Notes: generated from the letters alone by a model not told the origin. Counted from the stretch's first letter, positions 9,550 to 22,009 are shown. The stretch is DNA of 33,184 nt from Octopus sinensis (GCF_006345805.1 NW_021829605.1:1-33184), one strand, 5' to 3'. Numbers and translations are program-made.

Positions 9550-10942
9550 GGAAGGGGGATAGTAGACTCCATGGAACCCAGTATTCAACTTGTACCTGAT
9601 TTATCGACCCCGAAAGGATGAAAGGCAAATTTGATGATCTCGGTGGAATTTTATTATTAATATTAATGTAAGGCGGCGAGCTGGTAGAATCGTTAGCACG
9701 CTGGACGAAATGCTTAGCGCTATTTTGCACGTCGATAAATTAAGTACCAGTTGCGTACTGGGGTTGATCTAATCGACTGGCTTCCTCCCCCCAAATTTCG
9801 GGTCTTGTGCCTAGAGTAGAAAAGAATATTTAAAGGGTGGTGAGCTGGCAGAATCGTTAGCACGCCGGGCGAAATGCTTAACGGTGTTTCGTCTGCCGCT
9901 ACGCTCTGTTCAAATTCCGCCGAGGTCAACTTTGCCTTTCATCCTTTCGGAGTCGATTAAATAAGTACCAGTCACGCACTGGGGTCGATATAATCGACTT
10001 AATCTGTTTGTCTGTCCTTGTTTGTCCTCTTTGTGTTCAGCCCCTTGTGGGCAGTAAAGAAATAAGTATTTCGTCTGCCGCTACGTTCTGAGTTCAAATT
10101 CCGCCGAGGTCGACTTTGCCTGACATCCTTTCGGGGTCGATAAATTAAGTACCAGTTAAGTACCAGTGCATAACTGGTGCTTAATTTATCGACCCCGAAA
10201 GGATGAAAGGCAAAGTCGACCTCGGTGGAATTTGAACTCAGAACATAACGGCAGACGAAATACGGCAACGCATTTCGCCCAGCGTGCTAACGTTTCTGCC
10301 AACTCGCCGCCTTCAAATAATAATAACAATAATTTTTTCTACTCTAGGCACAAGACCCGACATTTTGGGTGAGAGGGCCAGTCGATTAGATCGACTCCAG
10401 TACGCAGCTGGTACTTAATTTATCGACTCCGAAAGGATGAAAGGCAAAGTCGACCTCAGCTGAATTTGAACTCAGAACATAAAGACAGACGAAATACCTA
10501 TTTCTTTACTACCCACAAGGGGCTAAACACAGAGGGGGCGAACAAGGGCAGACAAACGGATTAAGTCGTTTATATCGGTCCCAGTGCGTAACTGGTACTT
10601 ATTTAATCGACCCTGAAATGATGAAAGGCAAAACTGACCTCGGCGGAATTTGAACTCAGAACAGCAGACGAAATACGGCTAAGCATTTCGCCCGGCGTAC
10701 TAAAGTTTCTTATTTCTTTATTACCCACAAGGAGCTAAACATAGAGGGGACAAACAAGGACAGACAAGGGGATAAAGTCGATTACATCGACCCAGTGCGT
10801 AACTGGTACTTAATTTATCGACTCCGAAAGGATGAAAGGCAAAGTCGACGTCGGCGGAATTTGAACTCAGAACGTAACGGCAGACGAAATACCGCAACGT
10901 ACTTCGTCCGGTGTGCTAAAGTTTCTGCCAGTTCGCCGCCTT
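9515..10942. mobile_element. Cluster of SINE family A units (tRNA head with A/B boxes and central GCCTTTCATCCTTTCGGGGTCGATAAATTAAGTACCAG domain) in both orientations
   Basis: Minus 9515-9650; plus 9670-9830 and 9833-10165; minus 10165-10313 and 10334-10942. The central domain resembles the Meta-SINE conserved domain (from memory, unverified). Confidence 0.88.
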
Positions 10943-11654
10943 CAAATAATAATAGCAATAATGAAGGAAAAAAAAAAAAAATGCTAACATGATTTCTTCT
11001 ACCCCCTCAAGACTAATTGCCTCTCCTCACGTCACCTTTAATAAATGGATTTTACTACCTTAGTCAACAAATAAATAAATGAATAAATATTTTTTTTTTG
11101 TTATTTCCGTCTCTTTTTTAATTATTTCTCGGTCCATCACGTTTGAAATTACTGTGTTCAGTCGTTGCGAAACTGCACATTGGATTGGCACCTGTCTTAA
11201 TCATCTTGGCAATTGCGCATTTTTTCTTTAATTTAGAATAGTAACTTCCTGGAACACACAACATTCTGCACATCCTTTCCTGCTTCTCTTCCCCCCCTTA
11301 TCCTTAACATAATTGAAGTAAACTACCAGAAAACATTAATTTGGTTCGGTGTATGTGTGTGAGTTCTTCTGAGCCAACAACAAATATATTTTTAGCTATG
11401 ACCTGAAGTTGACATTCTACGGATCTCCAAATATTTTTTTTGCTACGGAGCCGATGAAAATAGAGCTTCTAAGCAACCGCTCGACCAGCTAAACATAGCA
11501 GCCAAATCTTCATTAACCTTTTGCTTGTTTCGCTGTGTATCACATGTAATTCATAGGACATTTTTCCATGGCGTCCATACATCGTGTTTGATACATATTC
11601 TCAATTTTTTTCGACCATCAGAGTAACTTCAGACTTATAAAAAGGAAAGCTCTA

Positions 11655-12078
11655 GGATCTTTTCGGTTTGAACGGCAGTTTTTAACATAATTTCTAAGTA
11701 ACTAAAAAATTTTAAACTTCGTATACTGGTAGAATGTGTTTATAAAACATCTTTATTGAGAAAATTCTATAGTTTGTAAGATATTTGTTGTTTTTTTTCT
11801 TCAATTTCTGCAATTTCAACCAATCAATGACGTCTATTGAGTTAAAAAGCATTCTGTGCCGTATGAAGATGTCCCTCGTTTAAGAAACAGATTGGGTTTA
11901 TTTACATTTGTGAAGAAAGAAAGATACCCTTCCCCCACCTCTAACCCTAACCCTAACCCTAACTAACCCTAACTCTAAAAGAGATTGAAATGCAATAGAT
12001 CGATTCTAGGGTCATAATTATGGGTGACAATTTAATATGACACCGCTAGAAAAACTGCCGTTCAATCCGAAAAGATCC
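11655..12078. mobile_element. 424-bp MITE, Merlin-like (GG-initiated 29-bp TIRs, 8-bp TSD)
   Basis: TIR GGATCTTTTCGG(T/A)TTGAACGGCAGTTTTT at 11655-11683 and 12050-12078. TSD AAGCTCTA/AAGCTTTA. Internal (CCCTAA)n at 11941-11978. Confidence 0.85.
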
Positions 12079-12282
12079 AAGCTTTATATTTCTCAGATCG
12101 TATGAAATAAGAGTTAACTAAAAGACCAAAAACAGGCATGGACCCTAAGGTCAAACTTATCAAAATGCTTTGTATAGGCCAATGGCCCTCTGATTTCTAC
12201 TTTACTCTAAAAGACCACTGTAGACATTCGATGTTTAAAAAGTCCCATTTATATTCATGATAAAATATTATCTGGAATTGTA

Positions 12283-12600
12283 AGGCGCATGACTCAGTGG
12301 TTTGGGGAGTCTGACTCACAATCACGTGGTAGTGAGTTCGATTCCCAGACCGGGCTGTGTGTTGTGTTCTTGAGCAAGGCATTTTATTTCACGTTGCTCC
12401 AGTTCACTCAGTTTGGTTCCAAGTTGTATCGGCCTTTGCCTTTCCCTTGGATAATATCGGCGGTGTGGAGAGGGAAGACTAGTATGCCTGAGCGATTGCT
12501 GGTCTTCTTTAAACACCCTTGTCCGGACTTGTGCTTCGGAGGGGAACTTTCTAGATGCAACCCCATGGTCATTCATGACCGAACGGGGTCTTTACCCTTT
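12283..12600 (+). mobile_element. SINE family B, full length
   Basis: tRNA head (TGACTCAGTGG, GAGTTCGATTCC), TTTACCC tail, 15-bp TSD TTATC(T/A)GGAATTGTA at 12268-12282 and 12603-12617. Confidence 0.88.
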
Positions 12601-12687
12601 TGTTATCAGGAATTGTATAAAAAATGGTTGAAATATTTTGTGTATTGAGGAAGTATAATAAATTTATTACACCTAAATTTTAACCAA

Positions 12688-13120
12688 GCATTTGTCTTAT
12701 GAAGAAAGGCTGAAGACGCTCGACCTTTATTCTCTAGAAAAACGACGACGCCGTGGTGATCTCATTCTCGCTCACAACATCATAAGCGGAAAGTGTAACC
12801 TCTTGAAAGAGCTGTTCTTCACTCCTGCTCCAGAGCGTGGACTGCGGGGTCACTCCGAAAAGCTCTATCTGCGACGATTTCATCTCAATCAAAGGAGAGG
12901 GGCTTTCTCCGTCCGGGTTGCGGATCCGTGATATAAGCTGCCAGACGAGATAGTGAAGATGCCGACGACCGCTCGGTTCAAAGTCTCTCTTGACCGGAAA
13001 TGGCCTGAACTCTTTGTATGACCATCCTCCCTGTACATAACTCCCTGTCCCCCTACATGGCCTTGCTTTTGCTTTTTGAGCCAATTAAAAATTAAATTAA
13101 ATTAAATTAAATTAAATTAA
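12688..13120 (+). mobile_element. 5'-truncated CR1-type LINE: ORF2 C-terminus, 3' UTR and (AATTA)n tail
   Basis: SYEERLKTLDLYSLEKRRRRGDLI...RGH...FSVRV..(W to stop)YKLP...FK..LD is the typical CR1 ORF2 end. The frame continues past TGA 12929-12931 to the stop at 13019-13021. Pentamer tail at 13083-13120. Confidence 0.88.
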
Positions 13121-13362
13121 GTTACCTGAAACCACAAGGTCCATATTAACCCCTGTTGAGAACCACTGGGGTAGACAAAGGGTTAATTCATGCTCTATCG
13201 GCTCTAAAAGGTGAAGGACATGTTTGATTATGTTGCCTTCTACCATTTAAAAAAAAATAATTTCGGTGATGAGAAGCATCGAGCCTGGCAAACTCGTTGG
13301 CAAGTCGTGCAAAATGATTAAATAGATAAAGCGAAAGAGAGAAAGCACAGTATTAGGTTAGC

Positions 13363-13573
13363 TTACTCTTTTGCTTGTTTCAGTCTTTTGACTGTGGTCA
13401 TGCTGGAGCACCGCCTTTAGTCGAGCAAATTGACTAAAAGGACTTATTCTTTGTAAGCCTAGTACATATTCTATCGGTCTTCTTTTGCCGAACCGCTAAG
13501 TGACGGGGACGTAAACACACCAGCATCGGTTGTCAAGCGATGTTAGGGAGACAGACACAGACACACACACACA

Positions 13574-13618
<45 letters not shown>

Positions 13619-13622
13619 CACA
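13363..13622 (-). mobile_element. SINE family D 3' half, truncated at its microsatellite
   Basis: Matches 2755-2950 and ends in (CA)n. Confidence 0.8.
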
Positions 13623-13626
13623 ATGC

Positions 13627-13811
13627 TGCCCGAAAGATGTTTGGATCACCCAGAATATTCTAAAAATTCTTACACCGCCTGCCAGAATGACAAAATCGAC
13701 CACCAATGTGTGATATGACCCAGGATGGAAAAACATGCATACAACGCTCCCCTTAGGGCCCATACCACCTCAATCAAGACAGAAAAAAAAACGTATGAAT
13801 GGAAAATGGAC
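13627..13811 (+). repeat. ~185-bp repeat with an inverted, diverged partner at 15195-15363
   Basis: CAGAATGACAAAATCGACCACCAATGT and CTCCCCTTAGGGCCCATACCACC are present as reverse complements at 15195-15363. Confidence 0.85.
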
Positions 13812-13933
13812 AACATCGGTTGTCAAGCGCTGATTTGACATCGGTTGTCAAGTAACATTCGCCTAACCAAGATAGTCACATTATGTTGGCAAATAATCTT
13901 TACTTAATTTGATCAAAATCTAAATATTTAAAT

Positions 13934-14265
13934 ATTTAATTTATTTTCCTTTCAAGACAAGTATAATGTTACCGTATATGATTTCGTGCTTGATTCCACT
14001 ATATATTCTATTTACATGCATAAAATCAAATGTTTTCCTCTCAAAAACTACTTTAAATTTACTACAACTCAATGCATAACGAAACATACTAAATTTGTTT
14101 TTCCTTTCTACGTTTTATGTACGGGCATGTACGGTTTTTTCTAATATGTAAAGAATCTAGCGAGGCTAAACTAGATTAGGGACTACTTGGAACTAGATAG
14201 CAGCTTCAGCAACATTTATTTTTATTAATATCCTTTCTACTATAGGAGCAGGGCCTGAAGTTTGG
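13934..14265 (+). repeat. Second copy of 9220-9549
   Basis: Direct comparison of the two segments. Confidence 0.95.
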
Positions 14266-14938
14266 TGACGGTCATACAGACCCCAGCTGAGAACCACTGG
14301 TCTAGTGGTGAACGTGCAATGGCCATAATATTTTTCTTGTTCCTCATCTCTGTGTCTTGTGAGAAGAAGGCAGAAGGTTCATCTCAGAGTGGAGACTTGA
14401 CCTCGAATATTCGCATCAGAATGTACACCACGAAAAGCCCACAAGGGTCGAATGAAGATGTAAAGCCAGCAGAGAGATTAATTCGACCCCCCTTCCCCAA
14501 CCAAGCAGAAACAGTCACTCCGAAAGGCTTCCGTGCAGTTTTTCTTACCAAATTCCACCGGCAAGGTTTTGGTAAATACGAAGCTTTAGTAGAAAATAGT
14601 AACCAAAATAGAATTGAAACCGAAATTATACAGTTAAAGGCGGTGCTCCAGCATGGCCACAGTCAAAAGACTGAAACAAGTAAAAGAATAGCTGTGAAAC
14701 GAACTTTCTAACGACTAACTTTTGCCAACGACTAACTTGGTTGAAAGGTTTCTTCTGTGTAGCAGCGAATGCCTTCGATGATACAAGACATCAATCGTCA
14801 CCCGTATATCTGGAGATGCAACTGTTTTTAAGAGTTAATGACCAACTTTGGGATAACGAACTTGTTTCGCGCATCGTTTCATCCAATCCCCTCCTGTAAA
14901 TTGTTAAATGCATACTCATTTTAATTGCTAATAGTATG

Positions 14939-15172
14939 AAAGGCGGCGAGCTGGCAGAAACGTTAGCACGCCGGGCGCAATGCGTAGCCGTATTTCGTCT
15001 GCCGTTACGTTCTGAGTTCAAATTCCGCCGAGATCGACTTTGCCTTTCATCCTTTCGGAGTCGATTAAATAAGTACCAGTTACACACTGGGGTCGATATA
15101 ATCGACTTAATCCCTTTGTCTGTCCTTGTTTGTCCCCTCTGTGTTTAGCCCCTTGTGGGTAGTAAAGAAATA
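14939..15172 (+). mobile_element. SINE family A monomer
   Basis: AAGGCGGCGAGCTGGCAGAAACGTTAG head through GTAAAGAAATA tail. Confidence 0.88.
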
Positions 15173-15777
15173 TAATTGCTACTAGTATGAAACCGTCCAT
15201 TTTCCATTCATACATTTTTTCTGTCTTGATTGGGGTGGTATGGGCCCTAAGGGGAGTGTTGTAGGCATGTTCTTCCATCCTAGGTCATATATCAGACATT
15301 GGTGGTCGATTTTGTCATTCTGGGAGGCGGTGCAAGAATTTTGATCCAAACGCCTTTCGGACATCAAAGAAATAGACCAATCAAAATTGAGAAAGGAGAG
15401 CTTTCATTAGAAATGTACTGTAATTTTTGCAAAAAATGACATTTTTGGATGCGTAAAAATTTTAAAGGGGGATTTTCTGGAGAGCATTGCAATTTATAGC
15501 AATTAATTGCAATTATCTAATGCGACGAAAGAAAATTGCAATTAATTTGTAGTAAAAAAACAATGCAATAAATTCATTGCAAGCTCTGCCATGCATTTTT
15601 GACAAAACCTGGGCTTAGGGATCGAAACCCATATTTGTAAACAATTATTTAATGTTTAGATTTTTTATGGATCCCTCGTCGGTCCTAAATAAGAATACGA
15701 TGATAACTTGAACATACTTGATTTACGATAATTCAACACACCACGAGGAGAAGAGGCACGGGTGTATTTTCCTTTGC

Positions 15778-15788
15778 GAGAGAAGGGC

Positions 15789-15834
<46 letters not shown>

Positions 15835-16091
15835 GAAGAGAGAGAGAGAGGGAGAGAAAGAGAGAGAGGGAGAAAGGCGCAAAGAGAGAGAGAGGAGAGA
15901 GAGAGAAAGGGAGAGAGAGAAAGAGAGAGAGGGATAGAGAGAGAGAGAAAGAGAGAGAGAGAGGAAGAGAAAGAGAGAGAAAGAGAGAGAGAGAAAGAGA
16001 AAGAGAAAGAGAGAAAGAGGGAGGGAGGGGGAGAGAAAGAGATAGAGAGAGAGGGAGAGAGAGAAAGAGAAAGAGAAAGAGAGAGAGAAGG

Positions 16092-16162
<71 letters not shown>

Positions 16163-16202
16163 AGAGAGAAGAGAGAGAGTGAGAGAGAGAGAGAGAGAGA
16201 GG
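15778..16202. repeat. Long (GA)n polypurine tract
   Basis: Read directly from the sequence. Confidence 0.95.
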
Positions 16203-16998
16203 ATATAAGTCGGGAGGAGAAGCGAGGTATGTTAAAACGTGTGAACATGCGGAAAGGAAGCTAAACATGCGAAGTATATTTTGGAGCAAATTCTGTTCGA
16301 ATAAATCACTGCGCGCGATGTATATTATTGTATTGATGTGTAAAATAGTAGGTTAGTGGGTAAAGTAATAAAGGTCAGGGTGAGAGAGGCCAGAGGATGA
16401 AGTGATAAATGACAACGTGACACTGTAGGTGACGGAGAAGGAGCAGAATAATAAGTTTAAACGAGGACAACAGGGAGTGTCATAATTATAAAAAAAATAG
16501 AAAGATGGCTGCGGATGTCGCTTCGAGGGAAGCGTATTGAGGAAATGGGAACGGACTGACTGCAGGTCAACGGTAGAAGTGTGCAGGCGGTTGGCTAAGG
16601 GGGGTGGGGTGAGGAGTAATAAATGGCGGGAAGAGGAAAGAGATTGTTTTGTTTATATATTGGAATAAAACATTTAATAATATGTTTCTCTTTTCCTATG
16701 ATGGAGAAACCTGATTGACAGAAATTTACGTTGGTCGAGACACGCACAAAGGATGGACAACAACAGGCTTCCCAGGCGACGCTTTTACTCTTAATTATGC
16801 GAGGGGAGAAGAAAAAAAAAAGAAGAAAACAATGGAAGACCTAGACTGAGATTCAAAGCTACTGTTAACAGGAATGAAGTGGGAAGGAACTGATCGTAAT
16901 AAACGGCAAACCCAAGGGAAAGGGCGACCAGTATGGAGAAAGCTTAACAAGTCATTATGCCAAAGCCACGAAAAGTTGTAGTCACGACGACTGACTGC

Positions 16999-17108
<110 letters not shown>

Positions 17109-17577
17109 GGTATAAAAGATGGGCTACAGCAAGTATTCTGCTCAATACCACAGATTTGCTTGTCAGTTGTTTGACCTTAACCAGTTGAACATGTCCCTTA
17201 GTGGCTGACGATATGTGCATCTCTGATCACGTGCAGAAGTAGTGGGGAGCATCATAGCCATGTGTTGAGAGGGATTCTTTGGGGTTTGAATAATTCACCT
17301 CTGGAAACATGGGTGTTTCGTTCAACATCCTTAAACAACCCTTATTCAGGGACCGTTTGAGCGGGATGGGCTACTCAACCTGAAGAAAATTCTAACTGGG
17401 CCCCACCTGCAAGGTCATGTGCTGTTTATCTTGATATGAGATCACCATGTCGCGCACATATGGTTGTGATGCATGTGCTTGGTGTACCCTTATCAGACGG
17501 GTAGTCATGATGGGTATACTGGGCTTCGTATATTTTACCCCAGTGTCACTTTGATGGCATGCTCTGCTCGCTCACTC
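17109..17577. mobile_element. ~470-bp non-coding insert embedded in (AAT)n, probable microsatellite-targeting element
   Basis: Higher-GC, complex block with sharp (AAT)n borders on both sides. No convincing ORF and no TIR. Confidence 0.45.
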
Positions 17578-17629
17578 AATAATAATAATAATAATAATAA
17601 GGATGATGATGATGATGATGATGATAATA

Positions 17630-17691
<62 letters not shown>

Positions 17692-17721
17692 AATAATAAT
17701 AATAATAATAATAATAAAATA

Positions 17722-17783
<62 letters not shown>

Positions 17784-17826
17784 AATATAATAATAATAAT
17801 AATAATAATAATATAATAATAATAAT
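17578..17826. repeat. (AAT)n/(GAT)n compound microsatellite
   Basis: Read directly from the sequence. Confidence 0.97.
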
Positions 17827-18016
17827 TTTGGGGTGGAGTTAAGTCGATTGCATCGACCCTAGTGCTCAAGTGGTACTTATTTTATGTACCCTGAAAGGAT
17901 GAATGTCACAAAATCGACCTCTTTTTTCTATCATCTCTCAATGTAAAGAAATAGCAGCCCGTCCTGGCCGAAATGGGATTGCTCCGAAAGATCTCTGATA
18001 TAATGTTACTCAGCAG

Positions 18017-18341
18017 GGTGCATAGCTCAGCGTTAAGCCCGTTAGAGTGCCGGACTCACAATCATGAGACAGTGAGTTCGATTTCCGGACCGGGCTGTGT
18101 GTTGTGTTCATTTCACGTCGCTCCAATTCACTCAGCCGTAGAAATGAGTTGCAACGTCACTGGTACCAAGCTGTATTAGCCTTTGCTTTCCTTTGGATAA
18201 CATTGGAGGAAAGGCTGGTATGCATGAGAGACTGCTAGTCTTCCATAAACAACCTTGCCCGGACTTGTGTCTCGAAGGGTAAGTTTCTAGGTGCAACCCC
18301 ATGGTCATTCATGACCAAAGGGAGTCTTTACCCTTTACCCT
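18017..18341 (+). mobile_element. SINE family B
   Basis: Homologous to 12283-12600. Tail TTTACCCTTTACCCT. An extra 3' segment of the family lies at 18663-18790. Confidence 0.8.
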
Positions 18342-18358
18342 ATGTACATATAATAGTG

Positions 18359-18649
18359 GAGGCGCAATGGCCTAGTGGTTAGGGCAGTGGTCTCGCGGTC
18401 GTAGGATCGCGGTTTCGATTCCCAGACCGGGCGTTGTGAGTGTTTATTGAGCGAAAACACCTAAAGCTCCACGAGGCTCCGGCAGGGGGCGTGGGTGGCG
18501 ATTCCTGCTGTACTCTTTCGCCACAACTTTCTCTCACTCTTTCTTCTGTTGGCCTACTCGCTTAGCCAGCGGGGTGGCGTCATTTGAAGCGCATTGTGAC
18601 AAGCGATGTGTAACAACATCTGATAGCCTGGTCGGTCACGGTCACGGTC
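18359..18649 (+). mobile_element. SINE family C
   Basis: tRNA head GAGGCGCAATGGCCTAGTGG...GTTTCGATTCC, (GGTCAC)n tail, perfect 13-bp TSD ACATATAATAGTG at 18346-18358 and 18650-18662. Confidence 0.9.
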
Positions 18650-19536
18650 ACATATAATAGTGTAAAGAGGGGAGGCTGGTGTGCATAGGTGACGGCTGGT
18701 CTTCCATAAACAACCTTGCCCAGACTTGTGTCTCGAAGGGTAAGTTTCTAGGTGCGACCCCATGGTCATTCATAACCGAAGGGGGTCTTATTGTCTGGAG
18801 ATGACAGGTTAGTTGTTAGCACGTGTTTCTGACTCAACAATCGTCAACAACACGACCATTGTTCCATTTTATCTCTAATTTCTAAGAGGGTCGAAGAATT
18901 CTTGAATTATGCGATTATATGCCATTTTCAAGTGGTGCTGGCCTTAATTGATATTCGGCAATTATGATACTTCTCAAGGCGGAGATAATTTTCATAAATC
19001 AAGACTTTATGCTAGTTATCAATACCTGGGAATGAGAAATTGTTATGTCGAAAAGCTTTCACTGCAGACAATACGTTGCATATTAATTCAGAATCCCCTC
19101 GCTAGAATATGTCATTAATTCAGCTCAGAATGGCAATTTCCTCTGTGATTTACCATTCCATTACAAGCAGTGGATGAACACAATATTTCTCACTTAAAGT
19201 CTTTGCAAATCCAATTCATTTTCATAAGTATTTCCTAAACGCCCAAGCTTGTTTTCGGGCTTTTAATTAGCCTTTGATTCATACGTTCTGAGTAATAGGA
19301 AGCTTTCCTTTCATAAGTCCCAGTTTGCTCTGGTGGTTGAAAACAATTTGGGAATGTGCATCAGATATGATGTATGGTCACCAGGAAAATATGTCCCGTG
19401 TATTACATGAGTTACACAGGATAGACAAAGGGCTAAAACAGCTCAATCTACATCTGAAGTTCAAAAAAAAAAAAATTGCGCGTAAGTTTTACGGTCGCTA
19501 AGCCATCTTATAACAATGCGGTAAATCGTTATGTGA

Positions 19537-20110
19537 AGGCTCATGGCTCAGTGGTTAGAGCGTTGGGATCGCAATCAGAACGTAGTAATTTAGATTCCGG
19601 GAACGAGTTGCGTGTTGTGTTCTTGAGCAAGTTACTTCATTTCACGTTGCTCCAGTTCACTCAGCCGTAGAAATGAGTTGCGATGTCACTGGCGTCGAGT
19701 TGTATCGGCCTTTGCTTTTCCTATTTCTTTACTACTCACGAGGGGCTAGACACAGAGCAGACAAGCAAGGACAGACAAACGGATTAAGTCGAATACATCG
19801 GCCCCAGTGCGTAACTGGTACTAAATTTATCGACCCCGAAAGGATGAAAGGCAAAGTCGACCTCGGCGGAATTTGAACTCAGAACGTAACAGCAGACGAA
19901 ATACAGCTACGCATTTCGCCCGGCGAGCTAACGTTTCTGTCAGCTTGCCTTTCCCTTAGATAACATCAGTGACGTGGAAAGGGGAGGCTGGTATGCATGG
20001 GTGACTGCTGGTCTTCCACAAACAACCTCGCCTGGACTTGTGCCTCGGAGGGTAACTTTTTAGGTTCAATCTCATAGTCATCTATGACCGAAGGTGGTCT
20101 TTACCCTTTA
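19537..20110 (+). mobile_element. SINE family B with a nested antisense SINE A (19722-19944)
   Basis: The B body is split and TTGC(T/C)TTTCC is duplicated at 19712-19721 and 19945-19954. Confidence 0.85.
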
Positions 20111-20662
20111 AATCGTGGTATTCATCATCTATTTCTTTTCTAAAAAAAACCTTCGAAATTAGCGACGACTGAATCCATACTATCGAACAGAGTTCACTGC
20201 TGGTACCAATGTCTGTATCAGACACGAAAGATCTAAATATTTCCACAAAGACGAACAATACAACCCTTTTTGACACAAACACAAGGTCAGCTCCTTGTTG
20301 CTGTGTGTTGTCTATTTCAGCGGAGCACAAGTTCCTGGTAGAGCTTCTCATGTTGGACAGGTGAAAAGATAGACGCTAAACTTATATGGTCCAGCTCTTC
20401 CCTGAGGTAAACACGTTTTTTGCTTAGGACCCCCTACATAGAGAAAAGAAAAACAAATTTACTGAAGCATTGATGACAATTCATAACCACTAAGACTTGG
20501 GAGAAGAAGGCCTTAAAAATGCTCAGACGCGAGAAAAGTGGAGAGAAGTCGGCGAGGGCTTATGCTTCATAGGGAACGAAGGGTTTAGGTATATTAGCAC
20601 AAACACCATAAGGTCCAGTCATTGTCATCTTAATAACCCTGAAAGCTGTACCAGCATTATGC

Positions 20663-20910
20663 AAGCACCTGTTAGCACTTGTTAACACCTGTTAGCGCTT
20701 ATTAGCACCTGTTAGCACTTGTTAGCACCTGTTCGCACTTGTTGGCTCTTGTTAGCACCTGTTGGCACCTGTTGGCACCTGTTAGCACTTGTTAGTACCT
20801 GTTAGCACTCGTTAGCACCTGTTCGCACCTGTTAACATTTTTTAGCACCTGTTGTCACTCGTTAGCACCTGTTAGCACCTGTTAACACTTGTTAGTACCT
20901 GTTAGCACCT
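20663..20910. repeat. 10-bp minisatellite GTTAGCAC(C/T)T
   Basis: About 25 units read directly. Confidence 0.95.
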
Positions 20911-20993
20911 CCCGTGCTAAGTATATTGAACCCCAGCCATTGTAATCTTATCCTATGAAACCCTTTCCAACACCAGACACAGAAAATTAGGAC

Positions 20994-21223
20994 CAGTGGG
21001 TTCTCAACCATTTTTATTTATTGAATCCTTTGATTCCTATTTTACTCTACTGGGCCCTAATAAACATTCGACATTAAAAAAAAAAACTATTATATTTTTT
21101 ATAATTAATTATTATTAGTAATTCTATAAAGAAATGTAAAAATATTTTGAGTATCATCAATTTATAAACAATTTATTGTACATAAACTCCAACGGTCAAA
21201 AGGACGCTAGTTGAGAGCCGTTG
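20994..21223. mobile_element. Degenerate hAT-type MITE
   Basis: Left CAGTGGGTTCTCAAC, right GTTGAGAGCCGTTG (imperfect TIR), AT-rich interior. Confidence 0.55.
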
Positions 21224-22009
21224 CTTTAGACATTTATTTACACACTGTATTGTATTTAGTCAATGTTTCCTCCATCTTTTGAAAAATGTCTTCGGCAATA
21301 GATTTCCTATAGAAGATGCATCTTCAAACTAATTCTTCCGTTATTTCAAAGTTAGTACTAATTCCTCGATTAAACAATAGCAACACCGAATCTTCAGACA
21401 CGCATGTTTATTTACCAAGAACGAGGCAAAACCACTAGAAATGGTCTATTCTATTATTTAATTCGCACAGAATATCGTCGCCTTGTGTCGCTTTTGTCTC
21501 TTATTTGCTACATTCAGAGAAAGACCAACATTTTTGATAAATCTGTTTTTTTTTTTTATCTGGGCATACTTCTTCGACTGTCGTTCTGAATTTAATGGCT
21601 GTCGTATAAAATTTAATGGCTGCCGTTCAAAATTTAATTAATTCAGCGTCAGGAGATAGATTTACTTTCTTAGCTAATAAATAAAATATTCCCAAACTAA
21701 CTTTAGTTAGACGTAGATTCATTATTGACATTTATTCCAATGCAAAACGACTGCCATGTTAAAATATTATGCCTGAAGCCACCATATTCCTTGTGACGTA
21801 GCTTTCCTGTTAAATAAGAATAATGAGAGATGAATGCTTAGTTTAATAATGCCTACCTGTGTTAATACTGGCTTTTTTTTATTCAGTTACAGAGTAATTC
21901 CATCCTCTAATGTTCTTTAAAGACATAACATTCGGTCGTTTTTGACATTCCTCTTGTGGCATCACGTGCTCGCGCGCACACACAAACACATACAATACTC
22001 GTATGTATA

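Larger units (their letters stand above)
12180..13168 (+). mobile_element. Degenerate hAT-type MITE carrying nested SINE and LINE insertions
   Basis: Ends in GTTGAGAACCACTG. The pieces at about 12180-12282, 12601-12686 and 13121-13168 are collinear with the MITE at 20994-21223. Confidence 0.55.

Noticed and set aside
11941-11978. Telomere or chromosome-fusion scar
   Set aside because: Short and located inside a TIR/TSD-bounded MITE.
12283-12355. tRNA genes at SINE heads (also 14939, 18359, 29425)
   Set aside because: A/B boxes are present but the cloverleafs are incomplete and continue into SINE bodies with tails and TSDs.
15181-15215. Helitron-like CTAGT end on the minus strand
   Set aside because: Lacks the GC-rich subterminal hairpin, so the superfamily is left unassigned.
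17206-17262. CTGACGA...GAAG possible hammerhead
   Set aside because: GAAG instead of GAAA and no consistent stems I and III.
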